NCBI GenBank assembly: GCA_965140445.1
Contig: OZ223236.1
Location: 352,001-416,000 of the forward strand
Source: Candidatus Ozemobacteraceae bacterium
GTDB taxonomy: Bacteria; Muiribacteriota; Ozemobacteria; Ozemobacterales; Ozemobacteraceae
Length of the DNA stretch: 64,000 nt
Direction: 5' to 3'
Below the pieces are notes generated by a model. That model was not told where the DNA came from. It ran no database searches and saw nothing but the letters and a program-made list of their open reading frames with translations. Shown here piece after piece: positions 10,089 through 20,241 of the stretch. Position numbers and translations under genes: made by a program. Numbering within the stretch: the first letter of the stretch is position 1; the number at the start of each line of letters is the position of its first letter.

Positions 10089-11597
10089 ATGTTTAAGTAT
10101 CCTTTTGCCCATAAACTCATTTTAGCAGTGATTTTTTCCATTTTTCTTCCATTAATCCCCGTTAAAGCTTGGGGACCGGTAAGTCATATTGCCATAAGTT
10201 ACGAAGCCGGAACAAAGAATGGATTCCCAGTAAGCGATGATTTAGTCGGAGCTTTCTTAGCCGGGTCAACTGAACCCGATGTTGGGCTTGGAGACGGAAA
10301 AAGTGAAGATTATGGAGTTTATCACAGCGAAAACTATGCCAAAGCCATGGAAAATGTTGCCGATCGTCTAAAAAGCCCGGCAAAGCAAGTTCTCCAAGCC
10401 AGAGCTGCTGGCATTAGAGCACATATTGCTGCTGACTCTGCAGCACATACAAATACTGGTTATGCCAACGTAAAAAAAATGTTCTCTAATCTGGACCACG
10501 GAATGGCGGATCATACAACTAATGAGCTTTGCGTAGACATGATCCTATACGATGAACATAGAAATGGACTCAAAAAGCAGAGACTTAACTTTATGGATGT
10601 AGATACCATGATTTTGGTTAGAAAGGAATTTTCTAAAATCACGGGTCAGGCACTTTCTAATGACCGAGCACAGTTACAAAAAGAAATCATTTCACACAGA
10701 ACAATGGTCTTAACCGAGTTAAGTCTAGCAGACCACTTAAGCAAAAATGATCATGCCAAAATAGAAGGAATGAAAGAACTTTATTCAGATTTTCGCACCG
10801 GAGTAAAAGAAGGAAAAGGCGTTGATATGGCAGTTGATAGAGTTAGCTTGAACGCCAACGCAAAAGACGAAGCCAAATCCTTTAGCACTGACAACAAAGG
10901 TTTTAAGATTTTGGATTTTATGAACAACTCAGTTCTTGCCAAAAGCTTTCAAGCCTTGGAAAAAGGTGCTCTTCAGCTCATGAAGATGAAAACATTGAGA
11001 GAAAATCTAGTCAATTTGGCCGAAGGCAAGGTAAGCAATTCCCGAAATAAGGCATTCTTGAACTTTGGGTGCAATCTTTTAAATAAGGATCTAAGTTTCA
11101 AACAAGCGGTTCTTCTTGCCGGGAAAAAAATATCTGGTTATCCCGAATCGGATGAACTAAAGCTAATTTACATGGAAACAGAAGCTGAAGTCTTAAAAGC
11201 TCAGCGAGACAAAGCAAAAGAAGCTTTCGACAACCGTCCATGGTGGAAGTTCTGGTTATACCTTACCAAGGCAGACCAGAAAAAGTATCAGGAAGCTGAA
11301 AAAAAATACCAGGATCACCTAAGAAAAATTGATAGCCTCAAGGCGAACATTAAACTTGATAACCCTCAATTCACACCAGTAGCTCAAATTCTAGCTAGTG
11401 AAGCAAACTCCACAAGCTTTGAAACGAAAAAGGATTCTGGTTCCTTTAGCTCTGAAATATTGGATTTATCCTATCAGCTGAATAAAGCTTCAGAAGAGTA
11501 TAACCGTGCTGCATCAGAGCAAAATGTCTTAGAAGTAAAAAGGCTTAAAATCGAAATAGAAAACCTTAAAGCAAGAATTGCAGTTTTAAAAAATTAG
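10089..11597 (+). CDS. Secreted zinc-dependent phospholipase C/P1-nuclease-like protein with a coiled-coil C-terminus
   Basis: Signal peptide ending VKA-WGPVSH (mature N-terminal Trp...His), GSTEPD, HIAADSAAH, HTTNE. ATG 10089 has an AAGGAA RBS; the ORF track starts at 10065. Confidence 0.65.
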   Translation: MFKYPFAHKLILAVIFSIFLPLIPVKAWGPVSHIAISYEAGTKNGFPVSDDLVGAFLAGSTEPDVGLGDGKSEDYGVYHSENYAKAMENVADRLKSPAKQVLQARAAGIRAHIAADSAAHTNTGYANVKKMFSNLDHGMADHTTNELCVDMILYDEHRNGLKKQRLNFMDVDTMILVRKEFSKITGQALSNDRAQLQKEIISHRTMVLTELSLADHLSKNDHAKIEGMKELYSDFRTGVKEGKGVDMAVDRVSLNANAKDEAKSFSTDNKGFKILDFMNNSVLAKSFQALEKGALQLMKMKTLRENLVNLAEGKVSNSRNKAFLNFGCNLLNKDLSFKQAVLLAGKKISGYPESDELKLIYMETEAEVLKAQRDKAKEAFDNRPWWKFWLYLTKADQKKYQEAEKKYQDHLRKIDSLKANIKLDNPQFTPVAQILASEANSTSFETKKDSGSFSSEILDLSYQLNKASEEYNRAASEQNVLEVKRLKIEIENLKARIAVLKN

Positions 11598-11600
11598 AGT

Positions 11601-11647
11601 AATAAAAAATCGAGCCAAAAGAGTTTCTTTTGGCTCGATTTTTTATT
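11601..11647 (+). terminator. Intrinsic terminator, potentially bidirectional
   Basis: Perfect 22-bp inverted repeat AATAAAAAATCGAGCCAAAAGA/TCTTTTGGCTCGATTTTTTATT. Confidence 0.85.
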
Positions 11648-11703
11648 GGAAAATACAATTAAAACAGTTGTTTTTGTGCTCGTTTTGATTTACTATCCTC
11701 AAC

Positions 11704-11865
11704 GGCCAAAGAGGGAAGTCGGGTGAGAATCCCGCGCGAGTCCGTCGCCGTATTCGGGGACAAATGCTTCAAAAAGCCACTCTATCAAGGGGAAGGCGAA
11801 GCAGGAGAATGATCCGTAAGCCGGAATACCTAATACGCCAGCCTGAAGCTTTTATGCCTTCGGGA
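11704..11865 (+). ncRNA. Cobalamin riboswitch
   Basis: AGGGAAGTCGGGTGAGAATCCCG, GCCACT...GGGAAGG, B12-box-like AGCCGGAATACCT; directly upstream of a TonB-dependent receptor. Confidence 0.9.
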
Positions 11866-11890
11866 TATTAAATTAGAGGTGGCGGTACCC

Positions 11891-13756
11891 ATGCTCAAGA
11901 AGCTTTTTTCTACCCTTTTTTTCATTACTCTTTTTTCTTCACCAGTTTTGTCCGATCAGGCTTTAGTCCACAACGACAAAGATTCAACAATCAAACTCCC
12001 TCCGATAAAGGTTTTTGCTCCGACCTGGAACAAGTCAGAGCTTTTAACAGGGAAACCTCATACCAAAGTTGAATGCAATTCCTGGAATAACCTGACCAAT
12101 CTATCTATTTCAGACATATTAGACGGAATTTCTGGAGTTGCCGTAAGAACTCCTGGCGGACCAGGACATGTAGCTTCACCAAATCTTGGCGGCCTTAGTG
12201 GCAACAAAATACTCGTGATAAAAGATGGATTGCCAATAAACGACCCATTCACCGGGAGTCCTGACATAGGAAATTACTGCTCTGATGCATTTGAATCCGT
12301 TGAGGTTTGGCATGGAAATCAGGCATCAAGATGGGGAAGCAATAGCATTGGAGGTGTTATCAGACTTACCTCCAAGAAACCATCTGAGGGTCGATTAAAG
12401 CTATCTACCGACGGAATCGGTGGGCGCAGCTATCAATTTGAAACTGGCCTGGAACTCGAAGATGCCTACATAGGAATAAGAAAAGGATTTAACTTCACTC
12501 CCGGCTGGTCTGCAGCAAGTGAAAAAACAGGAAATACCGAGCGCGACAGTTTTGAAAGCGACAATTTTCAACTATATTTTGAGAAAATGCTAAACGACAA
12601 AACAGAATTTTCATTAAACTTTGACTGGCTAGAGAACTTGACTGAACTAGACGGGTTTAGCCTGGCAACTTCTCTCCCAATTGACTCAAAAACTTTCAGG
12701 CAAAAGAAACTAGAAGGAAATCTAAGCTTTGGATTACTGTTTAAGCATGAAAATGGTGACTTAAAATTCACGCACTCTTTCTCACATGGTGGCTATACAG
12801 GTATTGACGAAGCAAATGTTTTTAATGAATACGGTCTCGAATATTCCAGACAGATCCAAACTATTTACAGAGATTTTGATTTTGGAAATTCACAACTATC
12901 ACTGGAAGCAAGCCATCAGGAAACCTATGCGGACAATAAGCAAAACTATTCAAATCGGGAGCTTTTAAATGCTTTTTCAATTCAATATCTTAGACAATTA
13001 ACCAATCTGCTTTCTATTTCAACTTCTGCAAGGTTAGAGGACTCAAATTTCGGAAAATCACTTTCAACAGGAAATCTTGGATTGGACTACCACAAAGAAC
13101 AGTTCTCATTTTCCATAGAGCTTGGTAATGCTTCTCGTCTTCCAGCTTTTAATGAACGCTTTTACCCTAATTACGGTGACCCGGATCTAAACGCTGAGTT
13201 TTCAAATTCAATATTAGTAAAAGCAGGTTATCAGCTTAAAAACATTTGCAAACTTACAGCTGAAGCAACGCAATTTAAAATCCGCGACCTGATTGGTACA
13301 GTTTCTACTACTGATCCAAAATACACATGGGGATCAAAAGCTGCGAATCTTGGAAAAACAAAACTTCAATCTCATAAATTTGGCATTGAAAATATATCTG
13401 TAAAAGGTTTTTCCATTAGTGGCTTTGTACAAATTCTGGATAAAGCTGTTATCGAAAATAGCAACACTCAACCGGCAGGAATCTTGTCGAGACAATCAGG
13501 TTTTAAAATAGTAAAAAATTATAAAAATTACTCAGCTCAGCTTCTTTCAAAATGGTGGGGCAATAGCTGGGAAACCGCAAAAAATGATAGAGGGACGAAC
13601 CCAGGGCATGATTTAAGCTTAACCATTGCCAGAAAAACAGGAAAATTAACCACTATTTTGTGCGCGGAAAACCTCACTGACAACTCTACAGAAAGAATTC
13701 AAGGCTACACCAGGCCAGGAAGAAGATTTAAGCTGGCTGTGGAAACACTATTCTAA
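11891..13756 (+). CDS. btuB: TonB-dependent receptor, probable cobalamin transporter
   Basis: Plug domain (LVIKDGLPIND, EVWHG...WGSNSIGGVI), barrel end ENLTD...GYTRPGR...TLF, upstream B12 riboswitch. ATG 11891 follows GAGGTGG; the ORF track starts at 11879. Confidence 0.8.
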   Translation: MLKKLFSTLFFITLFSSPVLSDQALVHNDKDSTIKLPPIKVFAPTWNKSELLTGKPHTKVECNSWNNLTNLSISDILDGISGVAVRTPGGPGHVASPNLGGLSGNKILVIKDGLPINDPFTGSPDIGNYCSDAFESVEVWHGNQASRWGSNSIGGVIRLTSKKPSEGRLKLSTDGIGGRSYQFETGLELEDAYIGIRKGFNFTPGWSAASEKTGNTERDSFESDNFQLYFEKMLNDKTEFSLNFDWLENLTELDGFSLATSLPIDSKTFRQKKLEGNLSFGLLFKHENGDLKFTHSFSHGGYTGIDEANVFNEYGLEYSRQIQTIYRDFDFGNSQLSLEASHQETYADNKQNYSNRELLNAFSIQYLRQLTNLLSISTSARLEDSNFGKSLSTGNLGLDYHKEQFSFSIELGNASRLPAFNERFYPNYGDPDLNAEFSNSILVKAGYQLKNICKLTAEATQFKIRDLIGTVSTTDPKYTWGSKAANLGKTKLQSHKFGIENISVKGFSISGFVQILDKAVIENSNTQPAGILSRQSGFKIVKNYKNYSAQLLSKWWGNSWETAKNDRGTNPGHDLSLTIARKTGKLTTILCAENLTDNSTERIQGYTRPGRRFKLAVETLF

Positions 13757-13790
13757 AAAAAAAGCCGCCCTCCTTTGTGGGAGCGCGGCT
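13755..13790 (-). terminator. Terminator between convergent btuB and zinc-finger genes
   Basis: AGCCGC...GCGGCT GC-rich hairpin with an A-run on its left (U-tract on the minus strand). Confidence 0.6.
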
Positions 13791-13805
13791 ATGGCTTAAA
13801 TTAAG

Positions 13806-15104
13806 CTATTTCTTCTTCTCAAACTTTATTTCGAGCAAATCTCCGAGGCCATTAAAAACAGCCTCCCAATTTGTTCCCTTTCTTAATTTCATAAACTTTT
13901 CATAACTTAAAGGAACATTTTTGATTTTCTGTATCTCAATGATGTCATTGCTTCCAGCTTTTTTAGCTTTAACAATGTAAGTTTCTTTTTTCTCGCCCGC
14001 TCTCTTATCCCCTATAGCAGCAGGAGTATTTGAAGACCCATCAATCTCCGGCCAGGCGGGTTCATCGTCTTTACCGGAAGCTGTAATAATTTTTCCCTTC
14101 ATCCAACGATTAATAGAATAGGTAACCTTTTCGTCATATACAGGTACCTTTCTATAGCGCTGCCGTTTGACCATTCGGGTTTTGGTTTTATTTTCGTAAA
14201 CAGGAACGTTTTTATAAGTAAATTCAAAGCGCCCATTTCCAAGGTTTTTCTTCTTATCCTTGACCCGCTTAGTTCCAGTTTGCACCTTTTCGGTATATGT
14301 TTCTGATACATTTTCGTATCCATCTGGAACCTGATCGTGTCTCTTGAGCTCAGATTTAGAAGAAATCCGTGTTGCTCCAGCTGGGACTTCATTTTTCCAG
14401 GCAGATTCAACAACATTTTTATATTCTTCAACCTGAATTGTCCTGGTCCAGCTATTTTCAACAATTTCAAGCTTCCCAGCTTTTTCAGAGCAACTTAACC
14501 ATGAAAAAACCAGAAATAGAAGAATAAAGATTCCGCAACCAATTTGACAACCAAATGGCAATGGTTTTGCGGGCTTAGCGGGAGCTTCACTTTTTTTGTT
14601 CTCAGCTTTTTCGACTGGCTCTTCTGTTTCTTCACTAAAGCTTTCTTCAGAAACTTTTCGCTTTTTGCCATCGGACCTGGAAGACCCACAGCCAGTACAA
14701 TTCTTTGCCCCAGAAGGACTTGTGTTTCCACAAAACTCACAAATCCAATCTGGACCGGCTTTTGCGGCAGCAAGTTCAGCTTCGTCTGTTATTGCAGGAG
14801 CATCATCGTCACAATAGAATTCTACATTCTCGCCTCTAACCGCTCCACAAGCAGAACAATTCTGCTTTGCGCCCATATTTTTTGATTCACAATTTGGGCA
14901 AAACCAATAACCTTCAACAATTTCTGTCATTGCTTCAGAGGAAGACTCTTCGGTTTCAATCTCCAACCCTTCCGTCTCTTCCAGGTGAGGTTTCTGATAT
15001 TTGATCGCTTCTTCGCGAGTCATCTTACATGGCTCACAAAAATCCACTTCCGCCCCTTTATTTTCAAGGCAAACAGGGCATTGCCATTGCTGTTTTCCAG
15101 CCAT
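13806..15104 (-). CDS. RanBP2-type zinc-finger membrane protein
   Basis: Three WxCxxC...CxxC units (WQCPVC/CEPC, WFCPNC/CSAC, WICEFC/CTGC), one TM helix, basic beta-rich C-terminal domain. Confidence 0.7.
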   Translation of the reverse strand: MAGKQQWQCPVCLENKGAEVDFCEPCKMTREEAIKYQKPHLEETEGLEIETEESSSEAMTEIVEGYWFCPNCESKNMGAKQNCSACGAVRGENVEFYCDDDAPAITDEAELAAAKAGPDWICEFCGNTSPSGAKNCTGCGSSRSDGKKRKVSEESFSEETEEPVEKAENKKSEAPAKPAKPLPFGCQIGCGIFILLFLVFSWLSCSEKAGKLEIVENSWTRTIQVEEYKNVVESAWKNEVPAGATRISSKSELKRHDQVPDGYENVSETYTEKVQTGTKRVKDKKKNLGNGRFEFTYKNVPVYENKTKTRMVKRQRYRKVPVYDEKVTYSINRWMKGKIITASGKDDEPAWPEIDGSSNTPAAIGDKRAGEKKETYIVKAKKAGSNDIIEIQKIKNVPLSYEKFMKLRKGTNWEAVFNGLGDLLEIKFEKKK

Positions 15105-15285
15105 TTTTGTCCCCCAGTGACAATTTTCTTTTAACTATAAAACTCAAGTATTTCTCTATATTTTTTTCTCAATATAATTTTATATCACAAATAGATAACA
15201 TATCAAAATCCTTTAAATATAAGGATTTATGAGATAAAAAAGAATTGCTTGCCTATGAACACTAATTAAAAAAAATTTTACTTTT

Positions 15286-15864
15286 TTATTTTTTTATTTT
15301 GAAGTCGAAATTTATTTCTTCGAAGCCACCAACCCAAAAACAAAAAACTCTGGAAAAGATTTCAGGTGATAAATTTGCGATCAAATCAATTGCAGTACCA
15401 GCCAATTGAGCAACTCGAAATAGCAAAGGGCTAAGAACTGTTTTTTTCAGCTCTGGTTGAGCAAACCATCTTAGTGTTAATTTCACTAATTCTAGCTCCA
15501 CACCTTGAAACCCTCCTTTAAAACTTTTCTGAAAATAATAAGGAAAGCTTACGTCGAACCCTCTTTTATGCTCAGGATGAGTAAATCCCCGCGAAAAATG
15601 TGGAACAGCAATTTTAACAACCGCGCCATCCACTGAGATTCTATGAAGCTCTTTGATTACCGCAAACGGGTCTTCCAGATGCTCCAAAACATGATCTAAT
15701 TCAATTAAATCAAAAGAATTATCCTCAAATGGATATGGAAAAACATTCAAATCGTGGCTCACGTCTGGCTTTGAAACAGACAAAAAATCAACATTTACAT
15801 AGCCCGCTTTGGGAAATTCACCACAACCAAGATTTAGTTTTGTTAATGTTCTAATGCTTTCCAT
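15286..15864 (-). CDS. Class I SAM-dependent methyltransferase (Methyltransf_11-like, glycan-cluster type)
   Basis: LNLGCG, YVNVD, HVLEHL, AVPHF. Confidence 0.85.
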   Translation of the reverse strand: MESIRTLTKLNLGCGEFPKAGYVNVDFLSVSKPDVSHDLNVFPYPFEDNSFDLIELDHVLEHLEDPFAVIKELHRISVDGAVVKIAVPHFSRGFTHPEHKRGFDVSFPYYFQKSFKGGFQGVELELVKLTLRWFAQPELKKTVLSPLLFRVAQLAGTAIDLIANLSPEIFSRVFCFWVGGFEEINFDFKIKK

Positions 15865-15958
15865 TTATTCACCCAAATTCCGTTAAATTGACTTGTCTTT
15901 GTCTGTGCCATTATAATGCATATCTCTGCAATTTCCCAAAAAACCCTCAGGATGTTTT

Positions 15959-16852
15959 ATGCCAACAAATAAAATTCTCAATTCAGGAATAAGCATCGTT
16001 ATCCCAGCCTATAACGAAGAAAATGCAATCCAAAAAACGGTTGAAACAACTTATAAGACACTTTTCGAGATCGAATCACTTCCATTCGAAATTATAGTTG
16101 TCGATGATTCTTCTACCGATAATACCAATATAAATATACCCAAAACAATCTGCAGAGTTTTTAAACACCCAAAAAATTATGGGTATGGGCGAACACTTTT
16201 AACAGGAATAAATCAGGCCAAATTTCCATATATCGGAATAATTGACGCTGACTCCACTTATGATCCCGAACATTTTAAAGAAATGATACCGCAGATGGAC
16301 ATATTTGACATGGTCATAGGTGAGCGTCGCATTTCGGATCAATCAAAAGTGGTTTCACTTATGCGGAAAACTCTTAAAACCCTTATTCTGTTTTTCAGCG
16401 AACATGATTCCAGAGATCCAAACAGTGGGTTAAGAATCTTTAAAAAATCACTTGTAGACAAAGGTGGACATCTTTTTAGCAAAAGATTTTCTTTTTCAAC
16501 TTCGCTGACTTTTTTTGCAGCTCTAAATCATCAATTTATTGAATACCATCCAATCGAATATCACGATAGAACAGGCCATTCGAAGGTGAGACATTTTAGA
16601 GATTCGCTAAGAACCTTTTGGCTTGTAATGAGCATGGCCCTGATTTATCGCCCAATGAAGTGTTTTTCAGCTCTAATTGCGGCAAATGTAGCTGGGCTAT
16701 CATTCCTCCTCTCCTGGAGAAAAAAGGTTTCTGCCCAAACATTGCTTTCGTCTGTAGCCGGTTGGGTTTCATCTATTCTGCTTCTGGGAATTTCCTTTTT
16801 CGCCTTCATTCTTGGAAAGCACTATGAGCTGACAATTTCAGATGATGACTGA
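15959..16852 (+). CDS. GT2 glycosyltransferase, DPM-synthase-like, with C-terminal TM helices
   Basis: IVIPAYNEE, VDDSSTD, NYGYG, IDADSTY, DPNSGLR, RTGHSK. Confidence 0.9.
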   Translation: MPTNKILNSGISIVIPAYNEENAIQKTVETTYKTLFEIESLPFEIIVVDDSSTDNTNINIPKTICRVFKHPKNYGYGRTLLTGINQAKFPYIGIIDADSTYDPEHFKEMIPQMDIFDMVIGERRISDQSKVVSLMRKTLKTLILFFSEHDSRDPNSGLRIFKKSLVDKGGHLFSKRFSFSTSLTFFAALNHQFIEYHPIEYHDRTGHSKVRHFRDSLRTFWLVMSMALIYRPMKCFSALIAANVAGLSFLLSWRKKVSAQTLLSSVAGWVSSILLLGISFFAFILGKHYELTISDDD

Positions 16853-18353
16853 GAAAAAAATCCTTCTTATCCAGCCTTCAATGGGATTGTCTGGGGAATT
16901 TTCCCAGCACCCACCACTCAGCCTTCTTTTTGTGGCTTCAGCTCTAACCAGGTTTCCAGTTAAGATTGAAATTCTTGATACACGCATAATCAGAGAGTCC
17001 TGGAAAACCTTGATTTTAGAAAAGCTCAAAGAACCATTGCTTTTTGTTGGTTTTACAGTCATGAGCGGGACACCAGTAGCTCACAGCCTTGAAATGAGCA
17101 AGTTTATAAAATCCCATTCTAAAGTCCCAATTGTTTGGGGAGGGGCACTGCCAACTGTCGCGGCCCACACATGTCTGAAAGAAGAAAGCGTAGATTTTGT
17201 CGTTTCCGGAAGCGGAATTCAGGCAGTTCAATCAATTTACAAAATACTCAGTAATTCAGAGCAGGTTGATAAAACAAAAGTTTCCGGGTTGGGCTACAAA
17301 GACGGCGATTCTATTTTTGTGAATAAGCACCTTCAAGGTTTTGAGCATGTTCCATATCAATCAATTCCATACCATTTGATAAAAGACTTTGAAGCCTATG
17401 GCCAAATAGGGTCGGATGAGTTGGTATTTCCGATTTATAGTGCGTATGGTTGCCCATACCAATGCAGTTTTTGTATTTCTCCAGCCCACTATAAGGATTT
17501 TAAGGTGAAATGGTCACCGTTAAAAGCCGCCGAAGTTGTTGATCACATTGAATTTTTAATAAAAAACTTCAAAGCCACAACCATTTATTTTTATGACGAT
17601 GATTCTTTTGTAAGTATTGAACATATAAGAAACATAATTAATGAAATAAAAACCCGAAACCTTAAGATCAAGCTTAGTTTTAGAGGGGCCCGGGTAAACG
17701 AAATCATGAAAATGGATGATGCTTTCCTGAACGATCTCGCCGAGACGGGCACCCAAACACTTCATATAGGCGTAGAAGCAGGAAGTCAACGGGTTTTGGA
17801 TTTGTTTAATAAAGGAATTAAGACCTCTGACATCATCGAAATAAACAGAAAGCTGGCAAAAAATAAAAAACTTATCGCTGCCTACAACTGGATTGTTGGC
17901 ACACCAACAGAAACCGAACGTGAAATAAAAAAAACAACCAGACTCCTTCTTCAACTAATTAAAGAGAACCCAAGATGTTTCGTTTTTCAACCTAACGTAT
18001 TTAGAGTGGTTCCTGGAGCCGAACTTGAAAAACTGGCAATCAGAAATGGCTATACTCCACCAGAATCAATTGAAGATTGGATAAACGAAGAAACGGAACT
18101 AAAAAAATCATCTCCATGGTTTACCCCGCAGATGGAAAAACAAATTCGAATGTTGCAGGTCACTTCTTACTTTGTGGACAAAAAAGCGGATCTGCTCATG
18201 AATCAAAAAAGCATAAAATCCTATTTAGTCAGGCTTTTTTCGGCGCTATACAGGCCTTTCGCACTTTTCAGATTCAAAAGCGGCTGGTCTGGATTCTTTA
18301 TTGAAGAACATTTGTTTACTTTTGCCCAGAAACTTCTGAAAGTGCTCAAGTAA
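16842..18353 (+). CDS. Cobalamin-binding radical SAM enzyme (class B methyltransferase-like)
   Basis: N-terminal B12-binding region (PPLSLL, VWGGALPT), CPYQCSFC, YDDDSF, GVEAGSQRVL, IVGTPTET. Confidence 0.9.
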   Translation: MMTEKKILLIQPSMGLSGEFSQHPPLSLLFVASALTRFPVKIEILDTRIIRESWKTLILEKLKEPLLFVGFTVMSGTPVAHSLEMSKFIKSHSKVPIVWGGALPTVAAHTCLKEESVDFVVSGSGIQAVQSIYKILSNSEQVDKTKVSGLGYKDGDSIFVNKHLQGFEHVPYQSIPYHLIKDFEAYGQIGSDELVFPIYSAYGCPYQCSFCISPAHYKDFKVKWSPLKAAEVVDHIEFLIKNFKATTIYFYDDDSFVSIEHIRNIINEIKTRNLKIKLSFRGARVNEIMKMDDAFLNDLAETGTQTLHIGVEAGSQRVLDLFNKGIKTSDIIEINRKLAKNKKLIAAYNWIVGTPTETEREIKKTTRLLLQLIKENPRCFVFQPNVFRVVPGAELEKLAIRNGYTPPESIEDWINEETELKKSSPWFTPQMEKQIRMLQVTSYFVDKKADLLMNQKSIKSYLVRLFSALYRPFALFRFKSGWSGFFIEEHLFTFAQKLLKVLK

Positions 18354-18354
18354 A

Positions 18355-20241
18355 ATGTGTGGAATTTGCGGGATATTCAAATTTAGGGAAATAGTTTCTG
18401 ATTCTTTGGTCAGCGCTATGAGCAACCGTCTGCAGCACAGAGGAAATGACGCTTCTGGTGTATGGGTCAACGACAATATTGGCTTTGGACATCAACGACT
18501 TACCATTCTTGATCTTGATAGCAGATCTAATCAGCCATTTCATTCAAAAAGTGGAAAAACCTGTATAACCTACAACGGTGAAATTTATAACTATAAAGAA
18601 CTGAAAAAAAACATCCCCCACCAAGAAAGCTTTCACACAACTTCGGACACTGAAACTCTAGTAGAGATGCTTGAATTAATGGGATTCTCAGCTCTTCAGA
18701 AACTGAACGGCATGTTCGCATTTGCCGCTTTTGACAAATATGAAAAACGATTAATGTGCGCCCGTGATCGTCTTGGAATAAAACCATTTTTCTATGCTTT
18801 TCATCCCGGAAAATGGTTTGTTTTTGCTTCTGAAATAAAAGCGCTCTTAGAGTTTCCAGAGATTTCAAAAGAAATTGACCACCAGGCTCTATCCGACTAC
18901 CTTTCGCTTGGTTATATTCCAGGGGAACGAACCATTTATAAAGATGTAAAAAAGCTACTACCCGGAAATTATCTTGAGATAAATGAAAAAGGGAGGCTTT
19001 TAATTGCGCCATACTGGGAAATAGAAAAAGAACTAGCGGCCGACTTACCAAAGCTTGAAATTGAAGATTTTGAGAGGCTAATTGATGATTCAGTTAAACT
19101 AAGACTTCTGAGCGATGTCCCGGTGGGATCATTTTTAAGCGGAGGAATAGACTCATCACTTATCAGCGCTTTAGCAAGCAAAGAAAACAGGCAATTAAAT
19201 ACCTTCACCATTGGATTTGAAGAGGAAAAATTTGATGAAAGCCCTCACGCTAAGCTCATAGCAGATAGTTTAAAAATCCCAAATTTCACCGAAACCTTTA
19301 CTGCGCCAACCCCAGAGAGAATAGAAAAAATTCTTTGCCAATTTGATCAGCCATTTTCTGACACCTCAGCAATCCCGACTTTTCAGTTATGCGAAAATGC
19401 CGGGTTAAAAAACAAAACCGTTCTTTCCGGTGACGGAGGAGACGAGGTTTTTGCTGGTTATGAAACTTGCAAGGCTGATTTAGCGCAACTATTGGGAAGC
19501 CATTTTTCTCCTTTAAACTCAATGGCTTACAACTTTTTGTCAAAAATCATTTCTTTATTCCCTTCTGACCGCGGCAAGGTCTCAACAAACTATAAGGTTT
19601 CCCAATTTCTCCGCTACGCTGGTGAATCATGCGAAAAAGCTCACTATAGCTGGCGCTTGTATTTTGATGAAACCGAAAAACAACAGATACTAAATCATGA
19701 AATAAGCCGCGAACTTAAAAATTACGATAGCTTTAGCAGTTTCAACTACTGGTATCAAAGGTTCTCAAATTTTCCCATCCGGAAACAGCATTTGTTGGTG
19801 GATCTTAAAACATGGCTGGTTGATGATATTCTTGTAAAAACTGATATCTGCAGCATGGCAAATGGCCTGGAGGTAAGAACTCCCTTTTTGGACCATAGAA
19901 TAGTAGAAGCTGCTATGCGCCTTTCCCCAAGAGCGCATTACAATATTTTTAAGACAAAAAAGATTTTAAAAAGCACTTTTCCCAGCCTTCTTCCAGATTC
20001 AATCATAAACAGGAAAAAAGAGGGATTCAGCTGCCCCGTGTCTATATGGCTCGAAAAAGAACTGCAAACTTTCTTAATGGATAATTTGAGCTCAACGGGA
20101 TTCAAAAGTGTGTTTAGCGGAAATAAATTTGTCTCAACCCTTATGGATGAGCACAAAAGCAGACAAAGAGACAATGGATTTAGACTATGGAATCTACTTG
20201 CTTTCGCAGTCTGGCAAAACGGGACAGCAAAAAATGTATGA
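18355..20241 (+). CDS. asnB: AsnB-family glutamine amidotransferase
   Basis: MCGICG, HRG, HQRL, YNGEIYN, RDRLGIKP, LSGGIDSS, SGDGGDE, EVRTPFLD. Confidence 0.93.
   Translation: MCGICGIFKFREIVSDSLVSAMSNRLQHRGNDASGVWVNDNIGFGHQRLTILDLDSRSNQPFHSKSGKTCITYNGEIYNYKELKKNIPHQESFHTTSDTETLVEMLELMGFSALQKLNGMFAFAAFDKYEKRLMCARDRLGIKPFFYAFHPGKWFVFASEIKALLEFPEISKEIDHQALSDYLSLGYIPGERTIYKDVKKLLPGNYLEINEKGRLLIAPYWEIEKELAADLPKLEIEDFERLIDDSVKLRLLSDVPVGSFLSGGIDSSLISALASKENRQLNTFTIGFEEEKFDESPHAKLIADSLKIPNFTETFTAPTPERIEKILCQFDQPFSDTSAIPTFQLCENAGLKNKTVLSGDGGDEVFAGYETCKADLAQLLGSHFSPLNSMAYNFLSKIISLFPSDRGKVSTNYKVSQFLRYAGESCEKAHYSWRLYFDETEKQQILNHEISRELKNYDSFSSFNYWYQRFSNFPIRKQHLLVDLKTWLVDDILVKTDICSMANGLEVRTPFLDHRIVEAAMRLSPRAHYNIFKTKKILKSTFPSLLPDSIINRKKEGFSCPVSIWLEKELQTFLMDNLSSTGFKSVFSGNKFVSTLMDEHKSRQRDNGFRLWNLLAFAVWQNGTAKNV

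Noticed and set aside
16842..20241. Radical SAM plus AsnB as a lasso peptide or other RiPP cluster
   Set aside because: AsnB keeps its N-terminal Cys glutaminase domain, no precursor peptide, RRE or B protease was seen, and the neighbours are glycosyltransferases
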